64,000 bases of DNA from Moniliella sp. 'wahieum' (Eukaryota), in contig RSEE01000027.1 of NCBI GenBank assembly GCA_003971905.1, positions 248,001 to 312,000 on the forward strand. Reading direction: 5' to 3'. The notes beneath the pieces were generated by a model. It did no database searches, had not been told where the DNA came from, and was given only the letters and a program-made list of their open reading frames with translations. Of the stretch, positions 13,400-26,510 are shown piece by piece. Numbering within the stretch: the first letter of the stretch is position 1; each line of letters opens with the position of its first letter. Made by a program: the position numbers and the translations under genes.

Positions 13400-13830
13400 T
13401 CACCTTTGCGAACGACGTGGGTACTAATGTGTGCCGCAGTAGCCCCAGATTCGTCCCAGCTGCCCAAAGTTCGTGCAGCCTATACAAAACATCGGAGGAA
13501 GGAAGTAGTTGTGACCGGGGTGGTCGCCAGCAAGTATACCACCTCTATAGACGCAATCCGCCCGCAGAGCTGGCTTCTGATCTCATTTACAGTCCCCGGT
13601 CTATGTGCAGGAAGGGAAAGGAGGTTGGAAAGGAAGTGTACTGTGGTTCCAAATGCGGTCACCAGTAGTAGTGAGAAGGACAGGTTCGGTGGCTCGTACA
13701 GAGGTCCTGGATGCCGGTACGGCAAGTGCCCACTTGGACATGGGTCTTGGGCCCAGCGTGGTGCCTGATGAAGGCCTGAGGACGCTAGCAGTGAGTGTCT
13801 GCAGAATCCTTAAGTGAGGGAAGTCATGAC
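13400..13830 (+). mobile_element. Possible decayed Ty3/gypsy gag-protease relic
   Basis: Motif order across frames: LPKVRAAY; GRERRLERK next to SKCGH (zinc-knuckle-like); EVLDAGTASAHLD (resembles the protease LIDSGA..F.D motif). Confidence 0.35.
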
Positions 13831-14040
13831 GGGGCCCAAGTGGCGGACGAAGAGTAGGTATTACTAGTCTTGGTCCCCAAAAAAGGTTGGAGCGCCTACC
13901 ATGCCATGGGCGATTACGACGGTGATGCTGTCCTCCACAGTCGTCCGGGTTCTGCGGCAGTGGGCAGCCCTGGATACGACCAGCAGGGCACACATGTAAC
14001 ACCATCCGCCGTCTGAGCTCTGGCCCAGAAACAAAAAAAA

Positions 14041-14136
14041 TCTCCCCTCTGGGAGTCGAACCCAGGACATTCAGAGCGGAAGTGACTCCACGTGACCAAT
14101 TACAATCTGACGCTCTTCCAACTGAGCTAAGGAGAG
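14041..14136 (-). tRNA. tRNA-Tyr(GTA) with intron
   Basis: CTCTCCT-TA-GCTC AGTTGGAA GAGC-G-TCAGA TT GTA A [intron] C TCTGA-ATGTC-CTGGG TTCGACT CCCAG-AGGGGAG-A, followed by a T8 Pol III terminator. Confidence 0.95.
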
Positions 14137-14817
14137 GACTTACCCCTGTGCGTTGCATTAGGACTATAGTGTTCTCATTTATATCTATCGACATTTGTTT
14201 TGCACTACTTCGGTGCTCATCTACTTGCTACTGTTAGAGCGATACCCCAATCACGCCACCCTGTATGATAGAATCACCAGCCACCCCCCTCTTATCGCTC
14301 GGATGCTCCATCTTGTTCCCCTCAGTACCTGGGTTATATACTGCCCTATATCTACCTTCATAGTCCTCATCTGTGCCTTGCTCAAAACACATCCTCCATT
14401 CTCCTCCTTCAGTACTTGCATACTTGCATATGAGCTGAATATTGAGAATTCTGACCCCATTGCCCCAGATTCGCTCGTATACATCCCCAAAAATCTGAAT
14501 ATGATAGAAGCTAATATAAAGGGGAATGGGCGTAACGACATTTAGGGTGTGGTTCCCGCACGCAAGCAGCGTGTATACCAAGATTTCGCACGCGAGCACC
14601 GTGGGGAGAGGGAAACATAAACGGAAGGTATCAACAGCGTACACACGCAGAAAGAAGAAACCCAAGCGGCCGATAGGCGCGGGACGTAACAAACAGGCCA
14701 GCAACAGCGTACAAAAACGGTAACCGTAAAACGCGCGCGGAAGGGAGGGAAGGGAGGGAGGTGTAGGGGGAGCGCTGGTGGCAGTGACAACGGAACGAAA
14801 GGCAAAGTATAGGTCAC

Positions 14818-16695
14818 TCAAGCACTCGCATGCGTGGTCTCGAGGTGAACTTCCTCTGCTTCTCTTCCGGTGAGCCAGGGCGGCATCGTGCCAGTCGCCC
14901 CTCGTCTTTCCCTTTCCCGCTTCACCGACGATCGCCTGAGCAGCGACGGCGGCGCGCGTGTTGCCGATCAATCTCGGCATGAACATCGTCGCGAGAGGAC
15001 ATGCCCTTGGGTAGCCAGGAGCGCGATGTCCACGCGCGGCAGTTGGGGTCGCAATACATAGCGTTGACCTGCTCCAGGTTCAAGTCCTTTGTCTCATACA
15101 CAAAGAAGTAGGCAATCACCGCATTGGCCAGGTTGCAACCGGCAAAGATGTACCCGTATGCGAACCCAATGTCGGTGGTGATGGGAGTAGTGAACAAGGC
15201 CAAGAGGAAGTTCCAGATCCAGTTGGAAAGAGTAGCGAGCGAGGCTTGGCGGGCCCGTGTACGCGAGTCAAATACTTCGCCGGTAAAGAGCCAAATGCCG
15301 GGAGCCCAGGTACTTGCGTATCCCAAGATAAAGAAGCAGCCCGAGCAAATCATCAGCTTGCCGATACCCGAACTGAGATGCGGGTCGCCAAGTTTCTTAA
15401 TGCCGGTCTGCGGATTCGCCTTGTTTCCTGCCACACCCGCAGTGGCAAAGACGATGAGCCAAGCGCTGCACCACACTCCGCCCCAGATGAGCGGCAAGCG
15501 TCGCCCCACCGCTTCCAGCATCCACAACCCAAACAATGTGCAAACAAAATTGACCGCGCCAAAGATAATTTGGGTGACAAACGGGTCGGTTACGCCAACG
15601 GGAACCATGATCTGGGTTCCATAGTAAAAGAAGTAGTTGGCGCCTGTCAGCTGCTGCCCCATCTGCAAAACCATGCCCAGTAAAGTACGGTAAAGCGTCT
15701 TGTTCTCCACCCGGAACGTCTCGGCCCAGGTAACCTTGTTGTCGCGCTCTTCTTGGGCCATAGTGAGGATCTCGTAAACTCTGCCTCGACATACGGGTCC
15801 TTGTCGGCTGCCGTTTTGCCGCGTACGATGGCGACCGACTCACGCGCCTCATCGTATCTCCCATGAAGTGCAAGCCAACGGGTGACTCGGGACAAAACTG
15901 AATAGTGACCGCAAGGAAAGCACCAAAAAACATGCCCAGCCAACGGGGACGCGCCACTGGGTTGCATGAGAAGTATGCCGAGGGACAGTGCCCGGGGTGG
16001 TGCCATAAATGTCTTTCCAGTTGCAGCTGCCAGCACAGCGTGAGGCAATCGCAAAGCAATACGCAATCAGAATCCCGGCCGTGATAGCCCATTGGTAGGT
16101 AGCCACCAGCGTGCCGCGCAGCTGGCGCGGAAGACACTCGGCCTGGTACACTGGCACCGCACAGGACAGAGCGCCAATGGCCAAACCAGTGATCAGACGC
16201 CCCACGGCAAATTGAGCCCAGGCCCAAAACGTGCAGAGTTGGATGATGATACCAATAAAGAAGACTATCACCTCGTACTGCATCGCACGACGACGGCCAA
16301 AGTAGTCAGCCAAGTAGGCACCAATCAGGGCACCAAACATCGTTCCGATCGACATGAAGGAAACAATTAGACCGTCGAGCCAGGGGTTAGGGCCTTGCAC
16401 TGGATGGCACCCTCACAGACATCAGAGGCGAGGTTGCTGGGGTCCTTCTGGTGTTTAGTGACAGTGCCAAACCGGTAGAGAAAGTCTTTTGTGTTGGAGA
16501 TGCCCGAGATCTGAATGAATGAAGGGGGGGGTCAGCTCTACAGCTTGTACGCCAGACAGGAATAAGAAGAAAAGGGGGCACATATACCTGACCAGTGTCA
16601 TAGCCAAACAGAAAGCCTCCCATACTGCTGATGAGGCCGACACCGATGGCAGTGTAGCCAACAGTGGTGTTGCGCACAGTAAATGTGCGTGGCAT
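14818..16695 (-). CDS. MFS sugar porter / hexose transporter
   Basis: GGFLFGYDTGQ|ISG (intron), ADYFGRR, GRLITGLAIG, VPVYQAE..P..LRG, PESP, QQLTGANYFFYYG, GRR, VYETK..LEQV..MY. 3' end approximate. Confidence 0.93.
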
Positions 16696-19600
16696 GGTGG
16701 TGGCGGGGGGTGGTTAAGAGGCGGGATAGTTGCGAAGAAAGCCAAAAAAGCACAGTGTATGTGGGACTAATGTGTTGGTGGGAAAACGTGGACAAGAGGG
16801 TAATGTGCTTTGTTCTGTGTGAGGAGGGGGAATATATATATACAAAAAGCGCGGCGCCGGAGGTGGCTGTCCTCCGGCTTGTGGCCCCTTCGGGCTTACG
16901 GTGAGCGGGGAATCCAAGTTGGGTGAGGCCGATGATCAGGGACAACACACTGTGTTACTAGGGAAGAGAGGCGTCACATGTCAACCTTCAAGTGTCAAAA
17001 GCATATGTTAAAAGGCGAGGAAAGAGAAACATCACCTTGGAACATGCGATGCCCCAGCTGGCCCTATACAGCCACACTGCCCGTGTCTTGTTGTCCTGCA
17101 CTCCGTTGGGGCGCAGCGCTAACTGGGACCACATAGCACACCCATCGACGAGACAGTATTATGTAGGAGGGACACTGAGGGCCATGCCCGTGCACATGGT
17201 CGCTTTGCCGTGTCGCCCACACGCCACAGAGAGGCGCAACGGGTGGGAAAAAGACGCGGGGACATGATGCATGATGTGCCCCACGCAGAGTCTAAGATAG
17301 GCTTCGTGCGAGGCGGAGCGCCGCCGCGCGTAGGGATATAGACGAGCCATGCATACTAATGTACTAGTATAGTCAGCAGTATAGGTACAAGGGTTTTGCC
17401 CCCAGTACGCCGTCCATCAGGCTCCAGGCCTCAGGAAGCCCCACGCCACACAGGAACCGCAATCTGCCTGTGTGCTTTGGCCCCTCTCTCCCGGTGCCAT
17501 ATGGGATTAGAGTGCGGTTGGGGCCATCCTGCCCACACTCCGGAGCCCCACAAGGCGTCCGATCGTCAATTATATAGCCTTTCGCGGTCCGAGAGGTCTC
17601 TTGATGACTCGCCGCATTCAAAAATGCAGCCTTGCTCTACTGTCTGTTGACTTCGGCGTCCTTACCGCCGTGACTTCCGACACACGTGGAAACACCCCAC
17701 AGGGAACATAGGAGAGGAGCTGCTACTATCGCGTATGTGCCCTCCCCCATCCCTCTCTCGATCGCGGGTGTCATCATCAGGCCACGCCAGTAGAGCCTCA
17801 CATGTCTCCCGACTCAAAAATAAGTCTACTGGCGCCCCGCTAGTACTTCGTCGTAATGCTTCAGTATACGACGAGTGCACTTGTCCCCAGCCTGCGTCCG
17901 CGGGTTTCTCCCTCAATCGCCCCTGCGTGCAGACCATGTACATCCGTGTGTGTTTTGCCACCGCTGCTGTTGACCCCCGCCACCCCTACTAACTAACCGC
18001 ACCCATACTGCCCCCATGCCGTGCTCTCGGTTCATCCAACACGCGGGGCCCCGCAGCACTCCGCCCCGCAGCGCTCCGCCCCAAGCGAGAGGCCTTGTGT
18101 TTTGAAGAAGTAGAAAATGGCGAACTGGGCCCCCTCTCGCCTCTGATCGATGCTCTCAGATGGAAGGGTCCCACCGGGGCGACCGCCGCCGCGGCGTTAT
18201 CGGGATAATTTTGATAACTTTCTTGGCTGCAGTGGCGTTTTGTATATTGCGCGCAGAGCGCACGGATTTCTGTGGCGACATCATCTTGACATCGTGTGCT
18301 GTGGCATAATGCCTACATGTCATTCTGCCGTATACCCATCCCTCCGCTCTTGTTCTAATCAGGTCAATCTGGAGCACAGACAATGCTTGTCGTGTGTACT
18401 CCGACAGCCTACCAAAACCACACACGAGGGGGAAGGAAGGGTGATATGCACTCCATATACATGAAGGCACTATATAAAAATGCACCTCTATGCATCCATA
18501 TCGTTGACAAAGCTTAAGGATGGGGAATAGGGAAACGCCACTCCTAAACCGACCTGTTCATCTTGCGTATGCTGCTTGGTAGCGTCTACCCCGCTTAAAG
18601 AGCCAGTAGGGAATCGCCAGGAGGTCTGGACCCTCCGGTGCCCGCCGTCCGTTCCCATACACGAGGTAGCGCGTGTGGACATGGATGGACGTGGTAGACA
18701 TCCGAGCGAGGAACCATTTCCATTGAGAGTCAGTACTCAGTAGTCAAGTCCTTCCAACAGTACGCAAGGATCTTGCCCACTGTCTTGGTGCCGTAGTATC
18801 CCATAGGCTTTTCACTAGTCACTATACTCACTACCACTATAGGCACTGGGCAAAACACCACAGGGTACATATTACCGCTTTTATGTATGTGCCAGTGTCG
18901 CTATATATAACATAACCCACGCAGAGATGCGTGTATGCTCTGTTCCATATAGGTGGGCTGATTAGCGCTGATTAGGGCCCCCCCCGCGGTAAAAAAGCTA
19001 ATCTAGGTACGGCAGTCGATGCCGAGAGGCACCAAAACAACCTTGTTTTAAAAAAAAAGCTTAAGGCCTCTAGCGTGTCATATATCATAGCTCTTAGAAC
19101 CTGTTGGCAGTACTACGGAGCGTACCAGAGAGTCCAAAGCCCCCATATATAGCCACTAGTCACTATATTTGCGACGTTCTGCTAAACCAGCGCGGAGCTC
19201 CGCTCAGCGCTCAACGTATATTCAACGCACTCGTTAACTTAGTATATATATAGTACACAGATGAGGGGGGGTAACCGGTAATGTAATACTCAACGCACAC
19301 TCCTTGAACTCAGTACTCAACTGAGATACTTTTACGCACCTAGGTGCTCAGGCCCCTCAGGCCTGAGACCCCTCAGGCACCCTCAGATCCTCAGATCTCA
19401 CAGGAACACCCAGGTACTCTCAGGTACTCTCCTCGGATACTCTCAGGTACTCAGGTACTCAGGTACTCAGTAGAGTGTCCTCCCGTAGTGCATAGTGGTA
19501 GCGCATATGAAAAGGCCTAAACAGTATTACCGAAGCACACAGTGCCGCACACTGGGACTGTCTGTTGTTAGCGCCATCTGCTCGGGTGGGTCGGCACGTT

Positions 19601-21287
19601 GGTACCGCTTGTATATGTAGATGGGACCGGAGCGCCGTCCTCAGCCCGATGTCAGGCCTCAGGCCACGGGGGCTGTCGTCACCGGGAGCGGAAGGGTCTA
19701 ATAACCCAAGACCTAAAAAGCTTGTAGGGCGCAGCACACACCACGGCAATGATTAAATTAGGTCGGGCTCCACAAAAACTCTCATACTATGCCAACAATT
19801 GAGGTCAGTTTTTGCCTTCGGTTGTGGGCACAACAAGAGGTTTTGCAAGCCTGCAACTATAGTGAAGTCCAAGGTTTAACCAATCAATCCATTCATCGCG
19901 CACCGGCAGCTCACCGCAAATCAACGACACCATCAACCAACCTCTCTCACCGCACCCAACAATCAACTTCCACATCGGTGCGCAGTGTGCCCACATCATG
20001 TCGAAATATACGACTATCGTGGGGGGTGGGCAGCCAATCGCACCACACAAATGTCAGTTACTCTCAACCCCAGGAAGAGATAGCATCGTATTGTGGGACA
20101 CGGAGAGCGGATGTTGAGAGCTCTGAGATGACGGCAAAAAAGTAGGCAGAGCGCGGGCGCGCAGTAATAAAAAAGGGGGTCGGGGAGAATCATACGCTTC
20201 TTGCCCCAGAAGAGTACATTTATAGAGAAGCGCTTGTTGTTTGGCCAAGGTGAGAGTGCCGTACGGGTGAGAGTGACGCAGACGGTCAAGTCGTATATTC
20301 ATATTTTTGTTGAGAACAATGGCACACACTCCTCCTGTTCCGCTTCCAATGCGTTACCACGAGTCACGTCGCTACTGTTGATCAAAGCAACCTCTCCTGT
20401 ACTTCGACTCGCCGCGTTGCTGTGCTGTGTTTGGAGCCGTTGTGGTCACTGGCGCCCAGAGACGCCGGTGGGGGTCATACTCCTCCATTGGCCGTCGAAG
20501 CACTGTCTTTCATAGGGCACAAAAGTTCACCAGTGGGTGCGACTCCTGATGTTCACGACTGATTCATATAGTTTTGTGAGTCCCTCGTGAGGCAGAGAGG
20601 AAAGAGTGGGGTAACGTACCTCGCTTCCCTTGACTTTTTTTTTCCAATGTGTCTTTTCCGTCCCACATTCACCCGCAAAGGCTGCTATCACATGTTCCTC
20701 CGGTACCGGTCTGCTCGCCATAATTCAATAGATCCCCTCCTCATTCTCACCCCGGCTTGGCACATCCAGTCATACTCTCGTAGATCATGATGCCCTCTAC
20801 TATAATGCATACTTAATTGGCCTTGGTCATCCAGCCTTCGTCCTTTTGTATTCAATCAAAGAATAGAACCTGGTTGCTGGGTGGCGTCCATCCGGCTGGT
20901 CGGCCGGCCACCCGACTTGAGCCGCTATATTAGTACGTATGAGTCAAGCACTTCTCGCAACGTCGGTCATGCTCACCTACATGACCGGCTACACCAGAGC
21001 AAGCCATTGATTGAAGCGGTGGAGTGGGTAATACGGTATCATCCCTCCCCCCCCGCCTCCGCGGTGGGTGATAAACATACCCCGATTCAGTGGGCCAGCA
21101 TAGAGGCGCACTTAAGATGCCTGTGAATCGCGCGGTCCGAGAGATTTGGCCCATTGCAGAAATCTCGATCCTTGCCTCGGCCGAGGAGCCATAAAACATG
21201 GGCGCGGGCGAGTGATCAGATACGTACTCTCAGTAAGGTATACGACCTGTCGTTTGTGATATGGTAGCGCGCTCTCCGCCTAATGAG

Positions 21288-21539
21288 TGTAACCACTACC
21301 GATGAGAGCACGTCCAGCGCTGTCTTCGGGTGATTTACCCCGTCGCGGTGTTCTCATGTACCTCCTTCCGGTGTGGGGCCTGCTGAATTCCCGAGTAGCG
21401 CAGCGTGTGGTCCACCTCCATCCCTGTTCCTTCCACTTCGCACCATGTCCTCTGTTCTTGCTTCTTCCCCACGAACGATTGCTACACCCCTTGGCCTAGT
21501 CCGATCCTGGTCTCCCTCGCCTTAGCCCCGACTATGACA
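21288..21539 (+). mobile_element. Diverged solo LTR related to the chromovirus LTR; 5' end uncertain
   Basis: 3' part cccACGAACGAT...cctggtctccctcgccttagccccgactatgaca matches the chromovirus LTR end (ggtctccctcgtttagccccgactgttaca). No matching TSD found. Confidence 0.6.
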
Positions 21540-22169
21540 CGCACTGCTTCATGCAAGGCACCAAACTTGGACTCGGTGCGGCTGCAAGCCATGAGATGCG
21601 CTCAAGCACTTTCACATACTGCCCGTGGAGCGGCACAGCGTGTGGAGCTGTGGAGACCACAACCTCAACCTGCTTGTCGGTGAGCAGGAGGCACGAGAGA
21701 CTGTGATGGAATTGAGGACAGCCAAAAATGTGAGTGAGCGGGTTGGTGTGCTCGACCACATTGCGACCATCGGCATGGTCAAGCTCTTTCTGGAGAAGTT
21801 TTTGTCAGCTCATCTGCTCCCATATTTCCCAGCAGCGCGGTGTTGCTTCGTAAATGTGTTCGCCGTCGGTGTACTGCTTCCGATCACGCAAGGGCTGCCG
21901 CATCCTCTCATGCGGAGAGGCAAGCTCAAGAGCATGTAAAGATCGTCCTTTGTACTTTTTGGGGGTCCTCATTGCCCCTGATTCGTCTGAACTCCTTGCA
22001 GATGAAAATGCATCAACCTCGACCTGGGCAGGAGTCTCATCCCGCACAGAAGCGTCGCCTCCACCTCCTTTGTCTCACCTTTTCTCTCCCCGCTTCTCTC
22101 CCTGCTCTGCCATGCACGCGTTTTTGCTACTCCCTCGGCCCGCTTCACCAAGAGGACGTATCATGGACG

Positions 22170-22860
22170 GGGATCAGAAGGGTGGAATGGTCTCCAACCC
22201 GTGACGGTGACCGCGCGGGACCGATGGAACCGTGTCTCTGGTGGCGGCGGTTTCTGATGAATGGTGGCCAATTTCCTAGTGGCCAAAAGGTTGCGATGAC
22301 GGAACGGTGTGGCTGCGGTGGGTGTGGTTAGCGGTCAAGGGTGGGCAATGGAACGGTGACTGTATAATGGTGGCGACAACGGAACGGTGGCGACGATCGT
22401 TCGGGCAGTGGCTGCGGTGGCTGCGGTGGCTCACAAGGTTGTGCAGCTACGCAGGAATACCCAGGCGGGGCAGGGATAAAGAGGTGGCGGCCAGTTGTCC
22501 ACCCCGGTCTCTCCCTTTAGGTGATCGTCTGCGGGTATCTCGCGCGAGCCATGCTTCCCTGTTACTGACTATGGAACGGTGAACTATTCATATGATGGAA
22601 CGTTAACCTATGTTGCATGCCGGAGTGAAGGTCTCTCTGGACGATGGAACAGTGAACAGCGTTGACGATGGCAATGGTGCCCATGATGGAACGGGGGAGA
22701 CCACAGGCGGGAAAGGGGTCAATATGGAACGGTGGATCACGGAGGGAAATGGTGTATGGAAGGTGAATAGCCGGGAACGATGGCCGTGGACCGTCGTCAT
22801 CAGCACAAGGGCAGGCTGGGGCGAAGCCCCTGCAGACCGGGCCGTAGACCCCCTGGAGGC
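22170..22860 (+). repeat. Degenerate GGAACGGTG(G) repeat region, related to the element at 44.8-45.0 kb
   Basis: Recurrent (GAT)GGAACGGTG motifs, a GGGGC-GAA-GCCCC hairpin, and the 16-mer GCAGACCGGGCCGTAG (22832-22847) shared with 44985-45000. Confidence 0.5.
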
Positions 22861-24839
22861 CCCCGAGAGTATATAGGTGCAGTCCCCCACAATCTGACCA
22901 AAAGGTCTGTTTGTGCACATAATAACTGCAATTGCAAAAGCCATCTGAACCAGGGGACTTGGCATGTGTTAGGGACAGGGTAGCGTCTTACATCTGAGTC
23001 TCATCTAACACGTGAAATTGAAATAAGGCTGCACGCAAGGAAAAAAACCAGGGGAAACGTCAGCCGCCGTCGCGTGCCCCCCAGTACAGTCGGCACGGGG
23101 GCACACTATGCTTTCTGTCCCCCCGCTTGCACCTATCCATGTTCCCATCTCCCTCGCACCCTCGGACTATCTCTATAGTATCTGGGGGGTCGCAACCCAT
23201 GCAGAGTTTGTGCCATGCAGGCCGTTAGACGACCCCCAGTTGGTTCCAGTGGCTGTAGGCCAGGATCAAGCTAGAGGGGAGGTATATCTTTTTGCGAAGG
23301 AGATTTATTAATAGGAAGAAGATGCCTTTTAGCTGTGTGCACCGCTGTCACATGAGGCCGAGAAGCCCCCAGAGGCCGCATCGATCAGGCCCTGGCCAAC
23401 CTCATCGACCACGGCCTCACAGGACTCATGATGCATGACCCCATCCCCCCATCGCCGAGACTTCGCACCAACATCTTCTAGCACCTGTGCCATCCGCTGT
23501 GCTGTGTGATATACCAGAGAGAGAGCGTTGCGCCTACTGTGCGGTGCCAGTGGGCGCTCTGTCGTCCCTACGCCGGTATACTTGTTTTTTTACTGCGGCG
23601 ACTGTCGGTGGTGACCCGGCGAGACGCTTGAAGACGCAGTTCCGGCATTTCCTCAACTATATTCAAATTGAAGGTAATTCTTTCATCTCATTTGGGGGGG
23701 GGTGGCAGTTTAGCGCCGACAGACCAACCCTGAATTCAAGCTCGAACAGATATGATGTGTTTAGAAGCGTAATATCTCAGCATGTATTTCCCCGGCCTTT
23801 CGCGGCCAGTACTATATACAGTTTAGTACCTAGGGGCTTGGAGCCAAAGTCTCAATTGATGGGGCTTGGCTTGGCAGTCGTTGACAGGCACACTAACCTT
23901 TTCGCACCGGCATACGTGGAAGCGGACACTCGTAACCTGCCTGACGCAAAACATCGGGTAACCGTCAGTAAAAAAGAGCTTTTGTCTGTGTCGTCGATCA
24001 CTTTTAATGATTCGGTTGTGCTATACTTTTGTTGCAGCCGGAAGAGGATGCTGCAGGGCTTCTCCATTAGGAAACAGCGCCCGAGATGGCATGGTTGGCA
24101 TGGGTGCCTGAGCCCTGAGCCGAGCGCTGAGCCGATTGAGCACACGACCATGCAGTGTGGCTGAACCTCCTTGAGTGTGATGGTTTGGCTACTGCAGCTA
24201 CTGCCCTCTCTCTGAACCACGGAAAAAAGAATGAGGGGGGGGGAGAAGTAGTTTAACATCTAAAACAAGCACAGATTCCATGCCGTAGCATGCCGCTTCT
24301 GCCGGCCGGATGGTAAAGGTGTACCGGTGTACACATATTTGGGGTGGCCGGTGGAGCCGAGAAGCAGGCCGAAGCCGCGAATCGCAGATCTTGGCCCTGA
24401 ATCTATTGCGTCTCTTCCCCTTGTGCCGTCCACACAAATCTCCCCCATTATTTTCACGAAGGGTGCAGTGCCTGAGAAGCCCCCCCCCTTCGCCTCGTCA
24501 ACGAAGAGGGGTGGGACCTGAGCCTGAGCCCCGAGGCCCCTGGGGTCGGCGAGGAGCTGGCTGACTCACTGAAACACTGTTCTCAACCCTCAGTCCTCTA
24601 GTGCTTTCATACGCGGCCAAGCAAAGTCTCCTACGGAAAGCCATTCGCATGTTGGATACTTCTTGTGTTTGTATTGGGGGAAGCAAACATCCTTCCCATT
24701 GGGCAACCTTGGGCACCCATTTACGGCAACTAGACGGAAAGCTATATAACCCGTACTATCGGGTCGTCCAGAGTTCTTTCCTCCCCACATACCACTACTC
24801 TCTCCGTCTCTTCAAGACTTCTTTCTTACTTCTTCACCA

Positions 24840-25400
24840 ATGCAGTTTTCCACTATCTTTGCCGTTGTCGCCGCCACTGCCGCCGTTGCGTCGGCGCTGT
24901 GATCCCCAAGATGGAGGCCGAGGCTCCTGCCAAGCGCGGATACCAGGACTACCTTAATGGTATGCTCACCTGGTACGCCGGTGAGTCGCTGGACGCCCCC
25001 GCCTGCGGCGGCCCCACCCCGAATGACTGGGACTTGGTCGTTGCCGTTGCCGCCGACTCGCCTTACCCGTGCGGATCTACGCTTCACCTTCACGCGTGCG
25101 TATTAATGCGTCCTTTCTACTTCTTCCTTTGACCCTTCCTGTGTCTCGTACGCCACATAATGCTGACCCACGCATTGCCATACAGTAACGGAAAGATGGT
25201 TCCCGTCAAGGTCGTTGACCAGTGCGCCAGCTGCGCTCCTCACGTTCGTATTTCATCCCTGCCCTTTACTTCTCCGGACTCAATTTGCTGACCTTCTCTT
25301 TTTTTTGCAGCACATTGACGCTACCAAGGCCGTATTCTCTGCCCTGGCTCCTCTCGACCAGGGTGAGATCCATGGTGTGCACATTGTCTCCTTCAACTAA
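24840..25400 (+). CDS. Small secreted DPBB (RlpA/expansin-like, loosenin-like) protein
   Basis: Signal peptide MQFSTIFAVVAATAAVASA, KR site, G.LTWY...ACG, VVAV, CG, VPVKVVDQCASC, HIDATKAVFSALAPLDQG; two introns. Confidence 0.85.
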
Positions 25401-26417
25401 GCAGTGGCCAGCAGTGCATGCTTCTGACCTCTTCGACGGGTCATTTCTCACTTCCTTTCTTCTTCAACTCCGGGGATTGAAAAAGCCACAATGGCTGTGA
25501 CGGTTTAGACACCTGAAGCGCCTTTTCCGTGGCTTCAAATGGTTGTCCCCCCTTGTCATTTTGGTATTTTGTGATGGCATTGCTTCGCGCTGTCTCTCCG
25601 CCTTCTGTATACTACCGGCCATCTGTGGTGGTGGTCTAGGTGATCTCAAAAGCATATCTAATGTGCACTCCTATATGTGCAGACGTAGAGCCTGTCCATT
25701 CTCCAGTTTCACAGACGACATAATAGCGAAAGTGACATCAGTCCAAGTATACATCCACGACGGTTCTTCTGGTCTCTCCTCTTCCGTCATATAGGCTCTC
25801 TTTTTGATCCGATGTCTACTTCTCAATGTGTCGTATAAAAGCAGCAAGTCTGTCTGCGCCGCTAATATGACGATTGTGCCATCCGCTTAACTCTGTCCCA
25901 TCATTCTCGATTGGAAACATGCTCGCACCGTCACCGAGTTGCAGGCCATCTGCCTCCGTATTAGCTCAGTGTAATTAGAGGGGAAAGAAGAGAACGAAAA
26001 AAGGAACCATGATTCTCCCTTAGGGTTAAGGCTGACTTGCCACACACCCAGAGGTTTGCGTCACATGATGTACCACTACTGCAATGGTGTCTCGCTAAAG
26101 CTGGAGACGCGGACGATCCGTCGCCTGGTCTGGTTGACATCTCCGGATCGCAGGTTATGTAGCAGGGGGTGTATCGAGGTGAGTGGAGGAAACGTTTTGA
26201 ACTTCAAGGCAAACAAACACCGTGTTGATATTGTACCAGCTTCTCTGTATCGGATCGCAGACGGGCATATTCTGTGTTGGGGTGCAGCAAACGGATTGGT
26301 GGCGTCGTCGGGGTTGGTGGTCGGGGAGTTTGTCTATGAGGATGGTAGAAGAGGGAGGCTAGGTACAATTCCTGTTCGTTTTGTGTACTTTCGGAGCTGG
26401 AGGAGGCGACGCTATCA

Positions 26418-26510
26418 CTCTCCTTAGCTCAGTTGGAAGAGCGTCAGATTGTAACTGGTTGCCTGCGGATATCCGCTCTGAATGTCCTGGGTTCGACTCC
26501 CAGGGGGAGA
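26418..26510 (+). tRNA. tRNA-Tyr(GTA) with intron
   Basis: Same exons as the copy at 14041-14136 except one base missing in the 3' acceptor strand (probably a sequencing error); intron sequence differs. Confidence 0.93.

Noticed and set aside
23070..23110. GTGCCCCC...GGGGGCAC hairpin as a Helitron 3' end
   Set aside because: Single copy with no CTRR terminus; insufficient support.
23487..24164. 225-aa ORF
   Set aside because: Non-ATG start, no recognisable motif and no splice evidence.
26018..26030. TTAGGG telomere-like motif (also at about 50049)
   Set aside because: Single copies are expected by chance.
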